A stretch of 56,930 nt of DNA from a virus (IMGVR_UViG_3300034374_008818:1-56930); one strand, 5' to 3'. Shown: positions 36,087-46,125, numbered from the stretch's first letter. Program-made: numbers and translations. The notes: generated by a model from the sequence alone, not told the origin.

Positions 36087-37763
36087 ATGACTACTGTAAG
36101 CTCACTGGGAGTTGATCAGCTAAGCCTGCGTGGGTCGGGTACTGATTACAACATTCTTTCCCGTTTCTTCGCAACCAAAGCCCAAGCCGATGCTGCCCTT
36201 GCAGACAGTAGCTGGGTTCCTACCGCTGGTAAAACCAACGGTTGTATTACTGGCGACCAAGGCATTCTTGTTTATGATTTTGGCACGTCTGCTCTGGTCG
36301 TTGCTGACGCTGCTACTCGTTCTTACGTCGATACTGAAGTAGCCGCTGCAGTCGCCGCTCTTGTTGATAGCGCACCTGGCACCCTTGATACTCTCAATGA
36401 GCTTGCAGCTGCCATCAATGATGACGCTAATGCTTTTACCACTCTGCAGACTGCTATTGCAGCAGTGCAAACTGACGTTGACCAAAACGAAAGCGATGCT
36501 GATGCTGCTATTGCTGCAGTCCAAGCAGATGTTGACCAGAATGAAAGTGACGCTGATGCAGCCATCGCTGCTGTTCAAGCCGATGTAGACCAGAACGAAG
36601 CAGACGCCGACGCTGCCATTGCAGCAGAGAACGCAGCAATGCTCGCTGCCGTCGCTGTTGTTCAAGCAGATGTCGATCAAAACGAAGCTGACGCTGATGC
36701 TGCAATCGCAGCAGAAAACGCAGCTATGTTGGCTGCTGTTGCCGTTGTCCAGGCTGATATAGACGCTAACGAAACTGCTGCTAACGCTGCCATCGCTGCT
36801 GTTCAAGCAGACGTAGACCAAAATGAAGCTGATGCTGATGCAGCTATTGCAGCTGTTCAAGCTGATGTAGACCAGAATGAAGCCGACGCTGATGCAGCAA
36901 TCGCTCTGAAGGCAGATATCGATAGCCCCACCTTCACCGGTACTCCTGCTGCTCCTACCGCTGGCGCTGGTACTAACACCACTCAACTGGCTACTACTGC
37001 ATTCGTTACCGCCGCTGTTGCTGCTTTAGTTGACGGTGCACCTGGTGCAATCGATACCCTCAACGAACTGGCTGCTGCTCTCGGTGACAACGCCAACTTC
37101 TCTACCACCATCACCAACAGCATCGCTGCTGTTCAATCTGATGTTGACCAAAACGAAGTTGACGGTGACGCTGCTGACAGTGCACTCTCTGGTCGCCTCG
37201 ATGTGCTTGAAGCAGATGCAACTACTGCCGCAGCTGTTGCAGCAGTCCAAGCTGATGTTGACCAAAACGAGGCTGACGCTGACGCTGCTATTGCACTGAA
37301 AGCTGACATTGCTTCTCCTGCTCTGACCGGTACTCCAACTGCTCCTACTGCAGCAGCTGATACCAACACTACGCAGATTGCTACGACTGCCTACGTTCAG
37401 ACTGAAGTGTCTGACCTTATTGGTGATGCTCCTGTAAGCCTCAACACTCTGGGCAAGATTGCTGATTCGCTGAACGACGACATTAACGGTCTCACTAACG
37501 TCACCACCCTGGTGAACGCTAACGAAACTCACGTTGATAACCTTGCAACTCTGACTGGTGTTGCTAAAGACAGTGTCAACCTCGGCACTTTCACCGGCTC
37601 CACGATTACCGACAGCGTTGCTATTAAGGTTGCATTGCAAGAGCTGGAGACGGAAGTTGAAACGAAGATTGCTGCAGAAACCCTGACGCTTACCGCATTC
37701 CAAACGGTGGTTGCTGCTTCTTCTGACTTTGCTGATTTCCAGTCCCGCGTTGCTGCTCTCTGA
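36087..37763 (+). CDS. Ala-rich coiled-coil tail fibre with 18-aa repeats
   Basis: AAIAAVQADVDQNEADAD repeats; SP.[FL]TGTP.APTA...TNTTQ.ATTA[FY]V fibre motif twice. Confidence 0.85.
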   Translation: MTTVSSLGVDQLSLRGSGTDYNILSRFFATKAQADAALADSSWVPTAGKTNGCITGDQGILVYDFGTSALVVADAATRSYVDTEVAAAVAALVDSAPGTLDTLNELAAAINDDANAFTTLQTAIAAVQTDVDQNESDADAAIAAVQADVDQNESDADAAIAAVQADVDQNEADADAAIAAENAAMLAAVAVVQADVDQNEADADAAIAAENAAMLAAVAVVQADIDANETAANAAIAAVQADVDQNEADADAAIAAVQADVDQNEADADAAIALKADIDSPTFTGTPAAPTAGAGTNTTQLATTAFVTAAVAALVDGAPGAIDTLNELAAALGDNANFSTTITNSIAAVQSDVDQNEVDGDAADSALSGRLDVLEADATTAAAVAAVQADVDQNEADADAAIALKADIASPALTGTPTAPTAAADTNTTQIATTAYVQTEVSDLIGDAPVSLNTLGKIADSLNDDINGLTNVTTLVNANETHVDNLATLTGVAKDSVNLGTFTGSTITDSVAIKVALQELETEVETKIAAETLTLTAFQTVVAASSDFADFQSRVAAL

Positions 37764-37780
37764 TAACCAACTAACAATCA

Positions 37781-37805
37781 AGCCTCTCTAACGAGGGGCT
37801 TTTTT
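37781..37805 (+). terminator. Rho-independent terminator
   Basis: AGCCTCTC-taac-GAGGGGCT followed by T-run. Confidence 0.85.
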
Positions 37806-37842
37806 AATGGAATAAAATAGTAGTAATACAAGTTATAGTCAA

Positions 37843-38016
37843 ATGGCTTTTCAGTTCATACCTCCTTTTGAAGAAGGCGATAAGCAAACTAACCCAGAGA
37901 CACAAGTCGAGTATATCTTTACTGGGGGTGCTTGGCGTCCGTTAGGTCCTAAGATTAATGAAAGTGGAGATAAAAATATAAATCTCCAAAAAACAATTAC
38001 CGTTGATACTCGATGA
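37843..38016 (+). CDS. 57-aa stand-alone fibre N-terminal module, not in ORF track
   Basis: Hand-translated MAFQFIPPF...NPETQVEYIFTGGAWR; TAAAAT 30 nt upstream; ATGA coupling. Confidence 0.65.
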   Translation: MAFQFIPPFEEGDKQTNPETQVEYIFTGGAWRPLGPKINESGDKNINLQKTITVDTR

Positions 38017-38219
38017 GAAAAGAACGCTTTCTGCTATGGATGCTTGCGGGCATATTTACGTTTCAAGCAGGGATGTTTGGAGTAGGTGTATACTTTTGTT
38101 CAATCAATGGTGGACTCAAAGCGTGTCCAAGCATTGGTCAAAGATATGAGCAAACATTCAACGTGATGATCGCCACTACATTAGCATTGTTAACAGGACA
38201 AGTTATAAAGGAGAAATGA
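38013..38219 (+). CDS. Small two-TM membrane protein
   Basis: Two hydrophobic helices with C..CP loop. Confidence 0.7.
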   Translation: MRKERFLLWMLAGIFTFQAGMFGVGVYFCSINGGLKACPSIGQRYEQTFNVMIATTLALLTGQVIKEK

Positions 38220-38476
38220 TGTTTGATGCAACTGACTTTGAAATCCCTTTAGAAAAACAGCTACGACTGCGCATCATTAATGAAGAAATTGATGCGTGCA
38301 CTGACATTGAAGCCTTGCGAGAAAACTTAAAGCAATGCGTTAAAAGTCTTCAAACCTATCAGCATTTATTGAATGAAACGCTCAAGAAACAGTTGCAACA
38401 TAACCGTAATCAATTACAAGATAAAATATTAAAAGAGATCAATATTATCATTGATGGCAACAAAAGCAGCTCCTAA
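38216..38476 (+). CDS. NblA-like small helical protein (tentative)
   Basis: EIPLEKQLRLRII...IEALRENL...YQHLL pattern resembles the NblA helix pair. Confidence 0.45.
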   Translation: MMFDATDFEIPLEKQLRLRIINEEIDACTDIEALRENLKQCVKSLQTYQHLLNETLKKQLQHNRNQLQDKILKEINIIIDGNKSSS

Positions 38477-38585
38477 AGAAAAATTTGATCGGATTTACTA
38501 CGTATGGAATCCTGTTCAATACGCAGGACCCAAAACAAGTGTTCTAGACACCATCTTGAAACCTAAGCCAAAGGAGAATAACTGA
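38454..38585 (+). CDS. 43-aa micro-protein, not in ORF track
   Basis: Hand-translated; KFDRIYYVWNP..YAGP resembles KFNRVYVYLNP..FLGP at the start of the next gene. Confidence 0.6.
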   Translation: MATKAAPKEKFDRIYYVWNPVQYAGPKTSVLDTILKPKPKENN

Positions 38586-39151
38586 TGCCTGTTAATGGTG
38601 AGCTTACAAACAAATTCAATAGGGTTTACGTTTATCTAAACCCTGACCCTTTCTTAGGACCTTACACGCAAAGGCTTAGTAACCTTATTCCAGTAACTGA
38701 CCTTGGTGGTGATATTGATAACCTTTATGCAATCCCACCAATTGTCAGTACCGAATCTTCAACAACAGCTCACCTTACATTTAGCATTGATGCAATTCCT
38801 AAAACAATTTGGGATAGCGAAGGCGCCTTCACACAAAAGCAGCTTGCAGACAATTACATTCAATACGCTCCCTTTAAGTCAGAGCGTGCCATTAGGAATG
38901 TAAGCAGCATTACAAGTGTTGCTCCAGTCTCATCAAACCAAAGTGGTAGAGACGCAATCGTATGGTTTGATATTACAAATCTACCCAATATTGATGATGC
39001 TCGTAGCAAGCAAAAAATGCGAGTAGTTTTAAACCTTTCGTATAATAGTAGAAGCATCACAGCTATTACTGCCTCTGCTCCTCTGGAAGCAATAACAACA
39101 GGTAATGTAGCTAATGTTTCTTTCGATATGACATCGTTACCTCCAGCATAA
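38585..39151 (+). CDS. Structural protein with three internal repeats
   Basis: Three ..P[IVL].....F.[IM]..[IL]P units. Confidence 0.7.
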   Translation: MPVNGELTNKFNRVYVYLNPDPFLGPYTQRLSNLIPVTDLGGDIDNLYAIPPIVSTESSTTAHLTFSIDAIPKTIWDSEGAFTQKQLADNYIQYAPFKSERAIRNVSSITSVAPVSSNQSGRDAIVWFDITNLPNIDDARSKQKMRVVLNLSYNSRSITAITASAPLEAITTGNVANVSFDMTSLPPA

Positions 39152-39157
39152 AAGACT

Positions 39158-39967
39158 ATGGCTTTAGAACCAAATGACCTTATGGTCGTACAAAAAGCAT
39201 CGGGTACTAATGAAATCCGTAAGGCAACGATGCAACAGTTGTCTGACTTTCTTCAAACTAGTGATACCGTTGCTTATAAAGGAACTGCAGACTTCACCAA
39301 TGGTGCTGAAGAGCCAGCCCAAAAGAATGTTGGTGACCTGTACATCAACAATGCATTAGCCGATGGCACCTGGGCCTGGAGTACGAATAGCGAAGGTGTT
39401 ACTGATGTAACGCCCGGCGACCGTTGTATCTGGAACGGTACAACCTGGGATGTCATTCAAAGTGGTGCAGGTGATGTTGGCGTAACTGAAGTTCAAGGCA
39501 CTGTGCCCATCATCATTCAAGATGGTGATACTGCAACACCTGTTGTAACTGTACGTACAGCAACGATTGCTCAAGACGGTGTTTGCACCCTGGCAAGTGC
39601 TCAAGATGTTGTGGATGGTTCAACCGGTAAAGTTGTTACCGCTGACCAGCTGAAAGATACTAACGACCAGCTCGGTGTGCTTGCTGGCAGCGGTATGACC
39701 GGACTGATTGAAATTGACCCAATTGAAGTCTTTACTGACGGTACAAACGCTTCAACAACCAATACTCCTGCAATCGGTATTAAAGATGCAGCTGTTGGTC
39801 AAAAGGGTGCATCTGAGAAATATGACAAGAGCACAAACATCGGCGCACCAGTTGCTGATGCATACGCAACTTGGGTAGCAAGCTTTGATAACACCGGCTT
39901 CGTTACATTCCAAACTGTCGGTGAAAACTTTGTACCTTCCGACTTCTCTAACCTCGCGGATGCTTGA
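39158..39967 (+). CDS. Tail fibre-like protein
   Basis: GDLYIN, GDRCIWNGTTW, V.G..PI.I..G.TATP.V motifs. Confidence 0.7.
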   Translation: MALEPNDLMVVQKASGTNEIRKATMQQLSDFLQTSDTVAYKGTADFTNGAEEPAQKNVGDLYINNALADGTWAWSTNSEGVTDVTPGDRCIWNGTTWDVIQSGAGDVGVTEVQGTVPIIIQDGDTATPVVTVRTATIAQDGVCTLASAQDVVDGSTGKVVTADQLKDTNDQLGVLAGSGMTGLIEIDPIEVFTDGTNASTTNTPAIGIKDAAVGQKGASEKYDKSTNIGAPVADAYATWVASFDNTGFVTFQTVGENFVPSDFSNLADA

Positions 39968-40305
39968 TAATGGCTATCGAGAATAACGACCTCTTTGTCC
40001 TACAGAAAAGCGGCGGTGGTGAACTGCGTAAAGCATCTGTAGCAGCACTGCTTGCTGATGTCGTCACTCCGGTAGTACCTGAAGAGATTAGCGACCTAAA
40101 CGATGTTGATACATCTGGTGTAACCGATGGTCAAATCCTTGTCTATGACACAGACACCTGGGTATCGCAAGATTTTCCTCCAGCGCAAGACCTCAGTAAC
40201 TACTTACAAAAGCCTGGAACTGAAGGTAGCTTCGTTATTAATGAAACAGCTGATGGAACAATCACATACGCTGAAGCGATTGATGGTGGCGAATACGCAA
40301 CCTAA
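39964..40305 (+). CDS. Small tail fibre-associated protein
   Basis: LNDVD...DGQILVYD...W motif; N-terminus shared with 39158. Confidence 0.7.
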   Translation: MIMAIENNDLFVLQKSGGGELRKASVAALLADVVTPVVPEEISDLNDVDTSGVTDGQILVYDTDTWVSQDFPPAQDLSNYLQKPGTEGSFVINETADGTITYAEAIDGGEYAT

Positions 40306-40368
40306 AGATTTAGTGAATCGTTAGAATAAACACAGCAGTTATTACTGTTGATTGTCGCTTATTAGCAA

Positions 40369-40740
40369 ATGAAGATTCAATTAAAACGTTCTAACGTCCT
40401 AGAAGCTGGAGCAGCAAAGAAACCCACTGCTGGACAGATGGAATACGGCGAACTTGCCGTTAATTACAACACAGCTGATACCGCAATCTTTCTAAAAGAC
40501 AGCGCCAATCAAATTGTTCGTATCAGTGGCTTTAAAGCAGGCGATAATATTAACATTGATGGCGACGGTAATATCAGCGCCGATGCTTCTTATTGGGAAC
40601 AGACAGGTAATAATTTGTACCCGAAAACACTAACAAGCAACGTCGGCATTGGGACGAACAATCCGCAGCAAAAACTAGACGTCAACGGCAGTATCCGTTC
40701 GCCGCATTTTGACCTCGAAGACCTCCCTGCACTTCCCTGA
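40369..40740 (+). CDS. Short tail fibre-like protein
   Basis: IQLKRS...P....YGELAVNY; NVGIGTNNPQQKLDVNG. Confidence 0.75.
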   Translation: MKIQLKRSNVLEAGAAKKPTAGQMEYGELAVNYNTADTAIFLKDSANQIVRISGFKAGDNINIDGDGNISADASYWEQTGNNLYPKTLTSNVGIGTNNPQQKLDVNGSIRSPHFDLEDLPALP

Positions 40741-40742
40741 CA

Positions 40743-43700
40743 ATGGCTGATATTCAAGATACCGACCTTTTCCTGGTTAACCGTAATAGCACCTCATACC
40801 AAGTACCCTCTTCTGATCTCATGGCTGAACTTCAAGATGACGACCTAATGCTCGTCAATCGTGGCGGCACATCGTATAAAGCAACTGGAGCGGAGATTAA
40901 AGATAGCCTCGGTCCCAAGGGCACAGTCGATACACCAAGCATCATTGCACCTGCTGATAACGCTGGTGAGGTGGTGAGCGCTGAGTCGGATGAGATTCTC
41001 GACAGAGCTATTAGTCCAATTGATACTTGGACTGGGATGCTCAACACTTGGACTGGCACTGGCACAACTTCGTCTCCAACTGGGGGGACAACAGGGGTGA
41101 TTCCTGTGCAGCTACCAAAGACGGGTCTTGTCGTTTGGGAAGTTGAATTAACGACTTATGAAGTAACTCGCCAGCTTGGTATTTACTTCAGCAACACCCC
41201 CTCTGGCTCCTATGACGACAGCACTTCGACGCTGTATTTCAACGGGGGGTCAGGCACTTGCGTTTTACTTACCAAAAATTCTGATGGTTCATTAGCCGCT
41301 GGACCAGGCGGAAAACACGGTGGCGAAGTGGTACAAATAAGCGATCCGTCTACTCACACTCTCGGCGTTGCATTTAAGGTTGGAGACATCATTGGGTTTG
41401 TGTTTAACGCGGATTTGGGTGCAATGTGGGTGAGCAGGAACGGTGAGTACGTGATTGAAAAAACTAAGTTACAGGCCAATCCAAGCGCAGTGCCAGACCC
41501 ATTTACAGGGGCATGGGCTCTTTGGTCTGGAATTGATACTACTCAAGATTTGTATTTTGGCTCAGGCCTTTCGAGCAATTTTCAAGTAGAGAACCGAACA
41601 AGTAGCACATACGCCCCCACGTCCACAGTTCTCACCCTTGCAGGCGACAAAGACCTGACGGTATTCAAGGCGCTGGATGACGTTCAGCAAGACAGCGGTT
41701 ATACACCAACGACCAGTGCGATTACGAATATCAGCACTGTAGCTGACAACAGCACAGGCATGGCATTGGTTGCATACCAATTTGCCAACGATACAACTAC
41801 TTATGACGCGACAGGAGCTACATTCAACCTAGGAAGTAATTACACTTCTAGCGGCACAACGGGCTTTGTTTGGAAGCCGGGTACGGTAACTTCGCTCAAT
41901 GTTACGCCCAACAGTGGTGGTGCAGATATGCAGATTTATACATCACCGGATGGCAATAGTTGGACGAGGGTTTTGCAGAATGTGACTGGAGCACAAGATC
42001 TTAGCTCGTACAAAGCTTCATGGATTGCCTGTTCTTTGGGGGATGGAAGCGCCGCAACTGCCGTTTGGGATGCTTTCGAGTTAACAATCCTCACCCTGAC
42101 GGATGACACGGACCTCGCAAACTTTAGGGTTGATGATACTGTTTCACAAATACCAACATCGGGCTTTTTGTTTAGTGCAAGCAGCTCACTGCCGATTTAC
42201 ACGAATGCAGGCAATACCATAATGATTTTTAATTACCCCTCTGCTGGAGGAACTCTTGAAGCTTTTGACATGAATTTCTATGTAAATACAGCTGGTATCT
42301 TTAGCCTTAGTCTTAAAGCCGAAGGTGGCAACATCCCCTTTGTAGCAAGTGGAGATTTTATTTCTGGATCAGTGACCGGGACCATAGCCCAGGCACCTGG
42401 AGTCACTAACCTTGCATATACTTTCCAAAGCCCTGGTTTATTGAAATTTAGAATAGCTGCCGCTCCCGAAGGGGCAACGAGAAACGACATCAATACTTAC
42501 TTCTCGACTTTTAGTGGATCAATTCCGGGCTTCCTTATTGATGGAACCCCCATTCTATTTTCAGAATATAAAGAAGAAGCCTTTGGTAATATAACTGCAA
42601 TTGATTCCAGCAATAACAAAATATTTGTCAACAGGAATAGTCTCTCGACATTTGTCACTGGGCAACCTGTCATCGGTCCAGCCACAACACCAGCTACTGG
42701 AACGATTGGCTCCATTGACGTGGCAGCTAAAACAATGACGCTGTCAGCCAGCGATGAAGCCTATCCCAAGCGCTGGATTGTCAATCAAGGCAAGTTCGTC
42801 ATAGGTGAAGAAACACCTTCAATGGATGCAGCACCAGATGCTGACGGTCTCACCATTCAAAGTTCTGCTTTTGCTTCTACACCTGATGGTTCGTTAGGTC
42901 ACACAACCAGTGACTGGCAGGTCACGCTAAAAGACGACATTGCTTATACCAACGTCATTGATTCCGCAACTGATAGTACTGACCTCACCACTTGGGAACC
43001 AACAGGTCTTGCAGAAGATACAGCCTATCGTTGTCGCGTCAGGCATAGCAGCAATGCCATCAAGAGTGAATGGTCTGAAGACAGCACGTTTAAGACCGCT
43101 GTAGACTTAGGTCCAGAAGTTTCAGCACATCCTGGCGCTTTAAACATTTACAATGTTCAATCTGCTTCAACAAAATTCACCTCACCTGTCAAATTCGTAA
43201 ACTGGGCTTGCGGTACCTTCTTGGTTGGTGTAGGCGAAGATGGGCAGATTTATAAAGGTCCAGCCCCCGCTGATACTTCAGGCTCCTTCGCCCTCAGTAG
43301 CATCAATTTGCCTGCAGGCGAATTAGCTTTAGATGTTTACGTTAGCTATCAAGCTGATCCAGAAAGCACAGCCGGAACCACTGTAGTCTTGTGCAAATCT
43401 GGGAAGGCTTATATTCATGGGAATGCCACTCCTGTAGCAACAGATGTTAAAAGGATTATCAAGCTTGGCGGTGTGACCAGAATTTGCATTCTTGAGAAGA
43501 ATGATGGGACTTATTTGGGAGTGAATACTCACGCCAGTAGTACTTACAACGTAGGCACTGACGCAATTGCGCCAAACACCGTCGCTGTGGTGACGATCAC
43601 AATGCCAGCGGATGATAATGTCATTATTTCACTCTCAGGCTTGTACGGCTCTTATGACGCCGCTTCATCAATTATTTGCACAGAAAAGGGTAACCTTTAC

Positions 43701-44168
43701 CTTATAGCTAAAGACGGTACAAACTTGAGTGAAGTAGGTTTACCGGTTGGAGTAAAATCTAATGCAGCGCCTTACCTAATTACGGAAGCGGGCTGGTCTG
43801 CTCTGCAGGGCAATGCAAGTGCTGCTGGTTCGTTTAGTAACTGTTTTGCTACGTCTGGCGGCATGTGGATCAGGACAAACACAGATGAGTTGTACGCTGT
43901 ATCTTTTGCTCTCTTGAATGGCTGGGACGGCATCGCAACTTCGGCAGGACCAGTTAAGGTGCTGGACAACGCATTATCTGGCGCAATAAGCATTTACGGA
44001 GCAGATCACTGGTTTGCAATTGGTAAAGACGGGTTTGCATACGATGCCACTAAGTCAAGAACATTGACAAAGAACACAGTGGCTGGCGCAATTTTTGGTC
44101 CTCAAGGCACTGGGCATGCGTCATTCAATGGCTCTAACAGTAATGTTTACTGCATCATCGACAACTGA
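40743..44168 (+). CDS. Large tail fibre / receptor-binding protein (SPRY-like and FN3-like segments)
   Basis: 1141 aa; GDIIGFVFNADLGAMWVSRNG (SPRY-like); L.EDTAYRCRVRH...SEWS (FN3-like). Confidence 0.8.
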   Translation: MADIQDTDLFLVNRNSTSYQVPSSDLMAELQDDDLMLVNRGGTSYKATGAEIKDSLGPKGTVDTPSIIAPADNAGEVVSAESDEILDRAISPIDTWTGMLNTWTGTGTTSSPTGGTTGVIPVQLPKTGLVVWEVELTTYEVTRQLGIYFSNTPSGSYDDSTSTLYFNGGSGTCVLLTKNSDGSLAAGPGGKHGGEVVQISDPSTHTLGVAFKVGDIIGFVFNADLGAMWVSRNGEYVIEKTKLQANPSAVPDPFTGAWALWSGIDTTQDLYFGSGLSSNFQVENRTSSTYAPTSTVLTLAGDKDLTVFKALDDVQQDSGYTPTTSAITNISTVADNSTGMALVAYQFANDTTTYDATGATFNLGSNYTSSGTTGFVWKPGTVTSLNVTPNSGGADMQIYTSPDGNSWTRVLQNVTGAQDLSSYKASWIACSLGDGSAATAVWDAFELTILTLTDDTDLANFRVDDTVSQIPTSGFLFSASSSLPIYTNAGNTIMIFNYPSAGGTLEAFDMNFYVNTAGIFSLSLKAEGGNIPFVASGDFISGSVTGTIAQAPGVTNLAYTFQSPGLLKFRIAAAPEGATRNDINTYFSTFSGSIPGFLIDGTPILFSEYKEEAFGNITAIDSSNNKIFVNRNSLSTFVTGQPVIGPATTPATGTIGSIDVAAKTMTLSASDEAYPKRWIVNQGKFVIGEETPSMDAAPDADGLTIQSSAFASTPDGSLGHTTSDWQVTLKDDIAYTNVIDSATDSTDLTTWEPTGLAEDTAYRCRVRHSSNAIKSEWSEDSTFKTAVDLGPEVSAHPGALNIYNVQSASTKFTSPVKFVNWACGTFLVGVGEDGQIYKGPAPADTSGSFALSSINLPAGELALDVYVSYQADPESTAGTTVVLCKSGKAYIHGNATPVATDVKRIIKLGGVTRICILEKNDGTYLGVNTHASSTYNVGTDAIAPNTVAVVTITMPADDNVIISLSGLYGSYDAASSIICTEKGNLYLIAKDGTNLSEVGLPVGVKSNAAPYLITEAGWSALQGNASAAGSFSNCFATSGGMWIRTNTDELYAVSFALLNGWDGIATSAGPVKVLDNALSGAISIYGADHWFAIGKDGFAYDATKSRTLTKNTVAGAIFGPQGTGHASFNGSNSNVYCIIDN

Positions 44169-44177
44169 GGCAATCCA

Positions 44178-44648
44178 ATGTTTTATTCCGAATCCCTTTC
44201 TTCACCCATCAACTCCTACAACGTCAAGCGTCTGTATGGAGTTAACCCTGACAACGACCCAGCACGTGCTGCCCTCATTGGTATCTACCCTCTAACGGAA
44301 GTGCCTGAAGGTTATGCCGTCAGTCATTACAGAAAAGAAGACAACAACACATACACTGCTGTTCCGCATTGCGTGACCATTGAAGAGCAGCAAATGGTTG
44401 CCATTATTCGCAAGATGCAATCAACTCTCTCTAGCCTCCGTGTTCGCTTCGGTCTGCCTGCGACACAAGAAATTCCTCAAGCAATTGACGGGTATTATCC
44501 GCTTTACACCTCAGAAGCGGAGTCTAATTACGTTTCAGACAACGGTGAATCTCACGAGCATGTGATTGATGGCGTCACTTATTATATGCCAGACACCGGC
44601 GTCGAGTTGTTTCACGGCACATACAATAACGGCAGCGGCGGTTACTAA
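44178..44648 (+). CDS. Tail fibre-associated protein
   Basis: Follows fibre gene; GYYPLYT...HEH.IDGVTYYMP...HG motif. Confidence 0.65.
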   Translation: MFYSESLSSPINSYNVKRLYGVNPDNDPARAALIGIYPLTEVPEGYAVSHYRKEDNNTYTAVPHCVTIEEQQMVAIIRKMQSTLSSLRVRFGLPATQEIPQAIDGYYPLYTSEAESNYVSDNGESHEHVIDGVTYYMPDTGVELFHGTYNNGSGGY

Positions 44649-45124
44649 GTCGTCGCCAAGTGAATTTCGGCTTCTCGCCTGCGGACTAACCCAGGCAAGG
44701 GTCCGTTTGCTCCATTGACCCACTTAGGAAACTCTTCTCTAAAACACCGTTGCTTGTCATCACCACGGTTAATACGAGCACGGAATGTACTATCCTGCAG
44801 TGCTCCTATACCGCAATTAAATGCAAAGCTAACAATAGCATCGAACTCTTGCTGCTTTAATTCTCTAGTAATCAGCTCACTAACAGCTGCTTCAAAACGC
44901 TTAAGATCCTTACGCAGCAAAGCTTCAGCCTCTGCTTCAGTTATCGTCATACCGTCATAGACATCTGAACCAGTATGACCATAGCCAACTGTCATCACAC
45001 CACTAGCGCAGTAATAGTTTTCAAGCCGTAGTCCTTCAAATGATTTGATAAGGTTGATACCTTCCTGTGATGTAACAGTAGGTTCAACCTTTACGACTTT
45101 GGGAGGCGAATGTCCATCATCCAT
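44645..45124 (-). CDS. Endolysin lysozyme domain (GH24), probably fused to the upstream gene by -1 frameshift
   Basis: GINLIKSFEGL....Y...GVMTVGYGHT, FDAIVSFAFNCG, LPGLVRRREAE. Confidence 0.92.
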   Translation of the reverse strand: MDDGHSPPKVVKVEPTVTSQEGINLIKSFEGLRLENYYCASGVMTVGYGHTGSDVYDGMTITEAEAEALLRKDLKRFEAAVSELITRELKQQEFDAIVSFAFNCGIGALQDSTFRARINRGDDKQRCFREEFPKWVNGANGPLPGLVRRREAEIHLATT

Positions 45125-45792
45125 CCGCTACCTTCACCTTCGACAATCCACCTTGGATTGAAGTTCTTAAAGCTATACAGCTGACGTTCACCTTTGGTGT
45201 GATTAACGTAGCCGCCACCAACTAACGCAGCTTCACCATTAGGGTCATTTACGACCCAAGCACTTTCGGTGTAACCAATAACCACGCTGTAGTGCCCACC
45301 ACCAGAAGGAACAGAGATATTGCCTTGATGCAACCACCCACAAGGGACAGGGCGACCCGCATCGATTGCACTTTTGAGGTCTTGTGTCGTTGCATTGGTA
45401 ATAAAGTTAGCTTCTAAGCCTAAAGAACGTAATGCTCTAACTTGTGCTTGTGCATCAGTTGAATCACCGTATCGCTGACGTACAGCATTATATTCATCAT
45501 CATTTTTAATTTTACCGTAGTACATTGCAACCATTGCGCAACTAGAACTAAAGCATTCACGATAGCCAGTACCACTTGCATTATCGTTTTGACTTTGATA
45601 TGGCACATTCAAAGGGTTATCAGCTTCAGGTAAAGCAAGTTGATTGCGATAGGTTCTTACCCACAGTGAATCCTGCTGTTTCAGTTCAAATGGCAACAAA
45701 TCATATAAGTCTTCAACAGCAGTTACTTGATGTTTTTCATTAGAGTAATATTTGAAAAAATTAGTAAAGTCATTCTTGCTAATCAACGGCAT
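45091..45792 (-). CDS. C39-like cysteine peptidase (endolysin module)
   Basis: VPYQSQ.D...RECFSSSCAM, GHYSVVIGY, VNDP (Cys-His-Asp). Confidence 0.85.
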   Translation of the reverse strand: MPLISKNDFTNFFKYYSNEKHQVTAVEDLYDLLPFELKQQDSLWVRTYRNQLALPEADNPLNVPYQSQNDNASGTGYRECFSSSCAMVAMYYGKIKNDDEYNAVRQRYGDSTDAQAQVRALRSLGLEANFITNATTQDLKSAIDAGRPVPCGWLHQGNISVPSGGGHYSVVIGYTESAWVVNDPNGEAALVGGGYVNHTKGERQLYSFKNFNPRWIVEGEGSGWMMDIRLPKS

Positions 45793-45852
45793 ACTTACAC
45801 TGCAACTAAAGACATTCTAGCCAGTAGAATAGAACTATATGTCTCAAATACT

Positions 45853-46125
45853 ATGACGACAAAAGAGCGAGAAGAATTCTGGTCTAGCGTTGAATCAGGT
45901 GATAATCCCCTGCTCTCAGCTATGTCGTCGCTCGTCGAAAAGTGGGGCTTACCTGCAATTATTATGGCACTTGGTGATATCGCAGTTGTACTTTCAGAAG
46001 ATGCAATTGATGCAGATCATATTACGCCAAATCAACGTGGGCTCATTATGAGTGCTTGTGCACAAGTCTCAAACCTCAGTGACCTGATGCACAGTGAAAT
46101 GGAATATCTTAGGGCTAATAAATAG
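45853..46125 (+). CDS. Hypothetical protein (90 aa)
   Basis: ATG 45853 lies 28 nt from TAGAAT; the track start at 45727 overlaps the divergent gene. Confidence 0.7.
   Translation: MTTKEREEFWSSVESGDNPLLSAMSSLVEKWGLPAIIMALGDIAVVLSEDAIDADHITPNQRGLIMSACAQVSNLSDLMHSEMEYLRANK

Noticed and set aside
36120-37781. Long antisense ORFs over the Ala-rich fibre (288 aa and 251 aa)
   Set aside because: Ser/Ile/Cys-rich mirror of GCT/GAT/GTT repeats; artefact of repetitive coding.
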